A stretch of 64,000 bases of DNA, taken from the NCBI RefSeq assembly GCF_006345805.1, contig NC_042998.1:130138001-130202000 (forward strand). Direction: 5' to 3'. Below, one piece after another: positions 55,997 through 64,000 of this stretch (position 1 is its first letter; every line of letters starts with the position of its first letter). The position numbers were made by a program, and so were the translations under genes. The notes beneath the pieces were generated by a model. That model was not told the origin of the DNA. It worked only from the letters and a program-made list of their open reading frames with translations, and searched no databases. Source of the DNA: Octopus sinensis. Lineage: Eukaryota.

Positions 55997-57262
55997 TAAT
56001 CCATGATGTGGTTGATGATGCGCAGACACGCGCTGAGACTGCGACATCTCAGGTTCTTCGTAGACGACGGTGAACAGATGTGGTCGCCGTTTGTGAGGCA
56101 CGCTTTCCCGCAGATCGTCTCCATGACCGAACTGCAGTAGTGGATCAAAAAGAGGCCGAGGAAGGGCGAATCGCACCGCGAGTGTCGCGTTGCTCTCAAG
56201 CAACTCTGCCGTCCCGGGTCGACCTTGAGTGACTCCATCACAACCCAAGCATTCTATAGGGGATTAGTGGCGGGGTGGTACAACGACGAGCTCGGGGCGA
56301 ACCTGGACGTCGACGAGGAATACCTGGCCCGCCTGTTCGGGACGACTTTCGGGCCAGAGCCCATGAACAACTTCCAGAGATCCCTGGCCTGGCAGTGCTA
56401 CCGAGAAGCGCTACCCGTTCGGGATAAGCTCTAAAGACACGGCTCGAGAAACACGAGATGCGGTCAGAGCGACGAAACCGTTCTGCACGCACTCGTGCAG
56501 TGTCCAAAAATTTCCGACCTGTGGGCTTATGTCGAACAACTGCTGTCACGTGTGGGACGAGTCGGTTTATCAGCTGTGTCTATCGTCAATATTGTCACGC
56601 CTCCTTCCTTCAAACGGGAAGGAAGAGCTATTTTCATCATCCTTGTGGCTATGGCGAAAGACTGTATCTGATGGACGCGTCTGAAAGGATTGGAGACAAA
56701 CACTATCCTCTCTGGTCAATCTCTCATCAACTTCTTCAAGTACCCCTTGAAAAGGAAAGTGAGAGTAGAGAGGCAAGTTTTGTCTAGCGAATGTTTTAAA
56801 AACAGATGGGTGAATGTAGCAAGGATGGCACGTATGAATGACGAAGCCACCTTGAGCATAATCCTTTGAGCCCAGAAATTGAAAACAGGGTTACCCACTT
56901 GCAAACAAATGTGGTAACATATAACAATATTGACCGAGGTCACCGTGGTCTTTTTTGTAGGCTTTTCTCCCCACGGATAAACCTTATCTGCTTCCCCCTT
57001 TACACCGTACATCATGACACTGTGATGCACGATCCCTATTGATCGTTTTTTCCTCTTCCCCTTTTTTCCTCTTTTTTCTTCTTTTTTCTTTTTTCTTTTC
57101 TTTTGTTTCTTTTCCTTTTTTTCTTTTTTTCTTTTTTCACTTTTACGATCCCTTTTGATCGAAAACCTACGCCACCTTTTTTTTTTCATCCCCCAAAAGA
57201 AAAGCTCTACCTTGTAATTTTTCCCATCTGTGTGCAGCCCTGTGTGGCCAATAAAGAAACTT
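55996..57262 (+). mobile_element. 5'-truncated Tx1/L1-group non-LTR retrotransposon (ORF2 C-terminus and 3' UTR)
   Basis: One frame 56003-56869 with two internal stops: ...SLAWQCYREALPVRDKL*RHG..RCGQSDETVLHALVQCP..LWAYVEQLL..AMAKDCIWWTRLK..FKNRW. This is the L1/Tx1 zinc-knuckle region. GC-rich body, pyrimidine-rich 3' UTR, AATAAA near 57250. Confidence 0.88.
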
Positions 57263-57290
57263 ATCTATCAATCTATCTATCTATATATCC

Positions 57291-57367
<77 letters not shown>

Positions 57368-58799
57368 ATATGTGTGTGTTTGTATGTATGTGTGTGTGTG
57401 TGCGTTTGTTTGACAATGCATGTTTCAGTGTATATTTGTGTTCCTGTATGGTGACCACCTGGGCATTCGACATCTCTGCGTAAGATCTTAAACAGATTTC
57501 CATATGCGAAGGTCTTTATAATGATGAACATATATGACTATAGCAGAAATACGTACACACACATACACGCAAACATATATAGACACATTCCCACACACGC
57601 AGGTTCATATAATGACGCAAATCTACAAACAGCTACACGTGTTAATGCAATAAAATATAATAATGTTGTCACTGATTATACAGTGAGTATACACATGTGA
57701 TATATGATAGAGTTGCAATGTACTTAATTGCATAATAATGTCAACAATCACAGTTAAGTAACCTGATTAATGGGAACTTGTCTTCCTTCAAGTATGAAAA
57801 CAAATAGGTAAATCATAAAACTTGCATCCCTCACGTAATGTAATACAAGGATACATGTTAGTCTGAAGGCGAAATGACTTAGGAACATAGATTTCAAATA
57901 TGACAGAGATGGTTGCATATTACACAACAGTGAGTAAATCATAGGGAGCGCGTTTCCCAGGGTAAAAAATTATATACGTATATATGATATATATATATGT
58001 ATATACATATATATGCATATACATTATATAAAATTAGTGTTCGTTTAAACAAAAAAGGGGCGACACTTAACATGCAGCCTTACGTGCTAGAAGGAGCAGT
58101 CAAAACATCCAAAAACCATATTTAAGAGTAATTTCGAAGGGATGAAAAATAAAAACTTTTATCTTGTTTTTTTTTTTACGGCCATACGTAAGTTTCGAAC
58201 TCTAATTAGCAAATAAAGGAATTTACTAGGCGAAGTTCGTGTCAGTGATTACACCAAAACACTAACATGTAATTTAGAGAGAGAATAACACGTATCTCAT
58301 CATTATATATTATAATATTTCAAATTTACCGCGCAAGCGCGATTTCAATCAACTCCTACAGAAAAAATGCCGAATTAACTTCCGAAAATTCTAAAATCAT
58401 ATTCATAAATTAATATATTCATTTCCTCCTTAACTACTTATTCATAATGAAGAATTCATGGGTTTTAAACTTAGTTGCTTTAGTATTTCATATTTGATGT
58501 CAAAATTCACCAGATGGAATCCAGAGGAATATTACCGTAATACGTAACCAAGAAATTATAGATTTCTTTAAACAAACAAAAGTATTTCATTTGCAGTAAA
58601 CGTCTACGAAATACCTATTTACAACGCAAATGAAGCTTATGATAAGAAAATAACAAAAGTGCAATAGACAATAAACAAATATATAACAACACATAGAAGA
58701 TCGTCTTATTGCAACAGCTCAGCCACTGGGAAATACTGAAACAGCTAAGATTTTGTTCCCTGGAGCGAAGGCACGAGAGATATGCAGTAATATACATCT

Positions 58800-59195
58800 G
58801 GAAGATGTATATTATTGGAAGGGATTATGCCAAATTTTAGCATTCAAAGCTACACAAATGCCAGAACAGGTCCCCACTGCACAATGCTAAAGATCCCAGG
58901 AATGCCGTCCCACTTTAGGACCAGTTGCTACATCAGCCTGGATTTCAAGAGTCCACAGCTTTTTAATAGTCTCCCAAGGGGTCTGAGGGACCTGCAGAGT
59001 GTGGATGTAGGTGTTTTCAAATCAAAATGGATATCTTCTTTATAGTCCCAGATGAACCTACGCAGGAGCCGCAAATGAGGGCAGCGACAGCAAACACCCT
59101 TATCCACCAAATACCACATATCAGAGGAGGCTCTCAATAATAACAGTGAGCAAAACGGCGGTGCTCCAGCATGACCATAACTTTGAGCTGAAATT
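58800..59195 (+). mobile_element. 3' end of a CR1-group LINE
   Basis: LEGIMPNF..PQLFNSLPRGLRDLQSVDVGVFKSK / VPDEPTQEPQMRAATANTLIHQ, typical of CR1/L2-group ORF2 C-termini, followed by a short 3' UTR. Confidence 0.75.
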
Positions 59196-59379
59196 GATAG
59201 GAAAATATATACATATATATGCATAAGAAAAATATATATATACATATATACTAACAGAATAAATTGTATAAATCACGCAAAGGTAAAAATAACACTGACA
59301 TCTCATTTTAACAGATATATTTACCAAAATTACATATAAATATCTTGAAATACTAAGCAGTAAATTTATCCATTAATGT

Positions 59380-60060
59380 CCCCATTAGTTTTAACCGCGG
59401 ACTCCAGACGACTTTGGAATCCCCTGCAACTCTTCTGGACGGCCCCTTTATTTAAGTTGGTGAAGGCTGCTATAATCCTTGCATTCAGTTCATCTTTGGT
59501 GTTACAAAGAGTTTTGTTAGGTGGTCAGGTGTTAGGTGTCATGTGATCAGCAGAAATTATCTGACAGCCATTACTGAGTTTTCCTGCTTGTGTGGCATGG
59601 TGCAGAGTCATGTTGCCAGACATAGGGTCTTCCAGCAGCAAAACTCTTGACCCAGGGCGCACTACCTCCGCTAGGCACTTGATTTAAACTTCCGTGTTGA
59701 GTCTGAAGCGTGTGGGAAGATGAATGGAGGCATAACATTACCATCACTAGTGATAATTACAAACACCATGATGTTGACTGAATGTTTGATTTTTATCACT
59801 CGGTACATGTCCTCAGATTGCACTGTTCTCAGATTGACACCGAAACTCTATTATATAATCGCATTGGAAATTCCGGCGCGAATGCCAAGCAGTACAGCAT
59901 GTCGTTTTCAAATTTGTGGCAGAATGAATCGCGTCATGATTCTGCTTTTCTCACAGACAGTGCCCAATTGAGCCTACTATTCTGTGTAGTGAGCAAATCA
60001 AAAACAATGTGCATGGACGAAAGAATATGAAATGGCGACAATTTACTCATCGCACTTTGT
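59380..60060 (-). mobile_element. Internally deleted Tc1/mariner-superfamily transposon (maT/DD37D-like)
   Basis: Minus-strand fragments: KRHAVLLGIRAG, IMVFVIITSDGNVMPPFIFP, YVWQHDSAPCHTSRKTQ.WLSDNF, KDELNARIIAAFTNLNKGAVQKSCRGFQSRLE. TIR-like ACAAAGTGCGATGAGTAAATTGTCGCC at the 60060 end. Confidence 0.75.
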
Positions 60061-60870
60061 CTCTCTATCTCTCTAACTCTGTGTGTGTGTGTCTGTCTCT
60101 CTGTCTTGCTGTATCTGTCTGTCTGTCTCTCTCTTTATATATATATATGTGTATGTGTGTGCGTGTGAGTGTGAGTGTGTGTCTATGTATGTATATATAG
60201 ACATAGAGTTAAACATTGTTAATATGTTGACACTATTAGTGTTGCTGCCAGTTACCCTTTCAAAGTCGGGGGTTGGGGTGGCTTGGTGTCGTGGGATTGT
60301 TGGTGGTAACGCTGGTCATATTGCTAATAGATAATTGTATTGTTTTTGCTGTTTAGTCTCAAGTCATTCTTCTTTGTCCTAACATCAAAGACATTTCACT
60401 CAAATTTTAAAATAGCCTAGCGTACCACATTGTCTCATATGATTGTTAGTTATTTTTGATGCAATTGCTTATCTCGACCATAAATTTGTTCCTATTGTTG
60501 TTAGTCATTAAAGAGTTGGTGTGTTAGTAAAGGCGGTAGTTATATTTGGATATTTGATGTTTAACGTGGATGTAATTGTGTTGAGAATAATTTGCAGTGC
60601 TGGTAAAATTTGATATTATAAAATATATATACATACATATGTGTGCGTATGTGCATATGTGTGCGAGAAGGTGTGTGTGTGTGTGATGACCCACGCGTTA
60701 GTGGTTAGGATGTTGCACTCGTCATTGTGATATCTATTTCGTTCCCCTCAACTGGCAAAAGGACTAGTCCTGCATCGGAATATATACGCCTTGAAAATCC
60801 AGGGACCCGGCCTTATGTGCTTATGGCACACGGATGTCATTCGATACTAATATTTTATATAAATATATTT

Positions 60871-60871
60871 A

Positions 60872-60903
<32 letters not shown>

Positions 60904-61050
60904 TTCTTCCTTCTTCTTCTTCTTCTTCTTCTTCTTCTTCTTCTTCTTCTCCTTCTTCTCCTTCTCCTTCTTCTTCTTCTCCTTCTCTTCTTCTCTACTT
61001 CTTCTTCTTCTACTTCCTCCTTCTTCCTCTCTTCCTCCTCCTCCTCTCCT
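60871..61050. repeat. (CTT)n/(CCT)n tract
   Basis: Directly visible. Confidence 0.95.
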
Positions 61051-61094
61051 TCAAGTGTACGAGTAGTTGTACGAGTAGTTCAGTGTACGAGTGT

Positions 61095-61705
61095 ACGTGT
61101 TGTTCAGACGTTTCCAAAATGGCTGAAAAATGTTGATAATGGTGAACGTTCTCGGCGACCCGCAACCAGCAGAACTGGGAAAATCATCGCAGATGTGCGT
61201 GCAGCCGTGAGATGAAATCGTAGAATCACCATCCGTGAGTTATCAGAGGATGGGCAGATTAAGTACAGTTCAGTTCAGTCTATTATCACTAAGGATTTGG
61301 GTATGAAACGCGTGACTGTCAAGTTTGTGCCAAAACTGCTTTCAGCTGACCAAGAAGTCTGTCACTCGGCTTTCAACGGCACAAGACCTCATTGATTTTT
61401 CGAGAACGATTAAAGCCTTTTGAAAACATTGTGTAGGCTTTTGAGCAGGCATCGCCAAGCTTTTGGCAAAATTTGATGCAGATTCTCTGCCCAAATTTCT
61501 CTGTTATGTTCAATGCGATCATCACACGCTACACTCCTTTCTTCCAAGCACTGCTATAAACTGCAAAATAGAGTTAGAGCGTTAAAACTTAGTGTGCATA
61601 TACAGTAGAGGTCAAGATCAGACTGTACCAAACGGCTTTACTCTCCGTGCTTTAGCTTCGTTATTATAGAAACAGTCCGGATATTTATTGATCAGAGCTC
61701 ATATA
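61095..61705. mobile_element. Rearranged mariner remnants
   Basis: Plus strand 61095-61425: GERSRRPATSRT..RRITIRELSE..DLGMKRVTVKFVPKLLS. Minus strand ~61425-61705: TIR-like end and N-terminus QRICIKFCQKLGDACS. Confidence 0.75.
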
Positions 61706-62337
61706 AGATTTATATCCAATTCCCTTATGTCGGTGTGAGGTCACGTGTTTCTTTCTGTGTAAGCCCTTTCTTACGTGTGAGTTAGTGTTTCTGTTATGTA
61801 AGCCTCTGTATACGCTTATATAGGTTAATTGTGTGAGTAGCGAATGAATCTGAAATAAGAGAAAGCTTGAAGAAATCATATTACAAACTATATGGTTTCT
61901 AATATAGACGTCCAACTGCGTTTTTAAGGATTAACCAACTGTAAATAGGATAACGAGACGATTTGATGTCAAATATGTAAGTTATATTTACCAACGTGAA
62001 AAACCTCGGCAGGTCTGTTTTCCCTAACACTGGTGTCTCTTATGAATATAACATCAAAGTCTTATGAAATCCTTAGTAATCTGAAACTATGCCTTGCTTT
62101 TCCACATATAATTTTCTACAGATACACACTAAAAAACAGCGACTGTGCACATGCTGCCACGTGTACACGCGTGCAAATTTGAGCGCACCTACACACACAC
62201 ACAAACACACACATGCACACATACATATATATATACACATACACTAACCTATACGCATGTTAAATATATGTATATATGTGTATGCATATGGTTGTATGTA
62301 AATATATATATTTTATCTGTATATATATTTGTGTGTG

Positions 62338-62382
<45 letters not shown>

Positions 62383-64000
62383 GTGTATATATATACGTAG
62401 TCACATGCACACACCTATTTATATGCATATATACACAGATGCGGATGCTCACATAAATAAGCATGCATATTTGTGCATACATATATATGTATGTATTTTT
62501 ATGTAATGTGTATACGTACGTATACACAAAGTCAAACGCGCATACATTTTTCGAGCGATTTCTCAAATTGCTACTTAGCAATATCATACAATTATATTTT
62601 AAACTAAATCTAGGAAATAGTTTTAGAGTAATTATATTCGATATATATCCTCCTGATATATAGACATATGTGCGTGTATAGACTGTGTGCGTGTTTCTGT
62701 GTGTGAGTGTGTGTGCTTGTGTCTGCTAGTGTGTGTGTATGTGCTTGTGTGTGTGTTTGCGTGTGTGCTTGTGTTTGTATGTGTGTGCTTGCGTTTGTGT
62801 GTGGTGGGGTGTGTGTCTGTGCATGTTTCTTCAATTTCACACACAAGCAGTTACATACAATATAGTAAGAGTTACGTGTTGAAAAGCCCTTGTATAAACT
62901 ATAGCCACACATATGTATGTATTTATATAATTACAAGGTAAGTAAAAGTGTACGTACGCCGTTATATGAACGTATAAATCCTCAAAATGGAATAAGGATG
63001 CAACTGACGTCAATAAAACATCCGGACAGATAGGTGATACGATGACGGACAAGAAAAACAATAAAAAGACGGACAGAACAAAACTAGGACGGGCCATTCA
63101 TGGCCTTCTCTCATCAGTCAAGTTTTCACATCATCCTTACAGTTTCGGCCGGTTACACTTGAGACTGTTCAAATCTGGTTGACCCTAAAAATCTAAGCTA
63201 GGAACATTAAATATTTTGGAAAAAAGCAAGTGAATGTGTACGACAACAAAAACAAAAAAGACCAACAAAGAAAGGAACAAGATTCCATGGGAGAGGAACA
63301 TCTTCATGAGACGACGACGAATATTGCAAATTTCTTCAACCAATATCCCAAAAGTAATGAAATGTTCTGCTGAAAGCCAACACTGACGGAGATTGAAAAA
63401 GCCTGCAAGAATCCTATATGAAGGAGGCAACAGCTTTGAGCTGAAACTAATAATATATTTACTGGGTATTAGTGGAAAACATTTGCCCTTAGTACAAGTC
63501 GTGTTTACAAATTGAGTTTCGTAACCACTTAGTTATGTAGAATATTTTTGTATATAGTTTAGTCGATCTTAGGTAGGTTACTCTACATTTCATTCAAGAA
63601 TCAGACCCTAACTATGTGTAACAAACTAACTCTATGAAGACTGGACTTCTCTTAACATAAAATGACTTATTTAATATTGCTGTTGTGTGATGTCTTAAGT
63701 GAAATGAGAACGCTAGTGAACATTGATACCAAGTTCATTTCATTCTAGACACGAATTCTTCAGGCCAGGTGCCATAGCGCTCTATGATATGTATCCGTAG
63801 CTACTTCTGTATTATGTAAGGTAAATAAAAAAATCAAACAGTCATCAAAAAGTTGTTCTAAAAATCTATAAATGCTAAGCCCCTTGCCAAACTGCCGAAC
63901 TGAAATCTCTCAGTTAAGAAGTTCTGCAAGGATTTTGATTATACATCATTAAACCCACATAATGTTACTCACATCACCAGTAACAAACGAATAAAATCGG

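Overview
AT-rich eukaryotic genomic DNA, dense in microsatellites. Its tRNA-derived SINE families suggest an octopus (coleoid cephalopod); this is inferred from repeat content only. No host protein-coding gene can be called with confidence, and almost all ORFs in the supplied track are microsatellite artefacts. Recognisable content: many tRNA-derived SINE copies, decayed Tc1/mariner and maT-like transposons, three non-LTR retrotransposon remnants (RLE-type, Tx1/L1-type, CR1-group) and a 291-bp palindromic foldback element. The main finding is a non-coding tandem array at 35204-37154 of four ~488-bp units inserted in (TA)n. Each unit carries a Type I hammerhead ribozyme (CUGAAGA...GAAA...GUA, 8-bp helix I, self-complementary helix III, unusually large branched helix II) inside a nested rod-like fold. 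This is the architecture of a retrozyme, a ribozyme-processed element predicted to make ~490-nt circular RNA. A second anomaly is a ~2-kb island of ~50% GC, CpG-rich sequence with no long ORF (18192-20170), of unexplained and possibly artificial origin.
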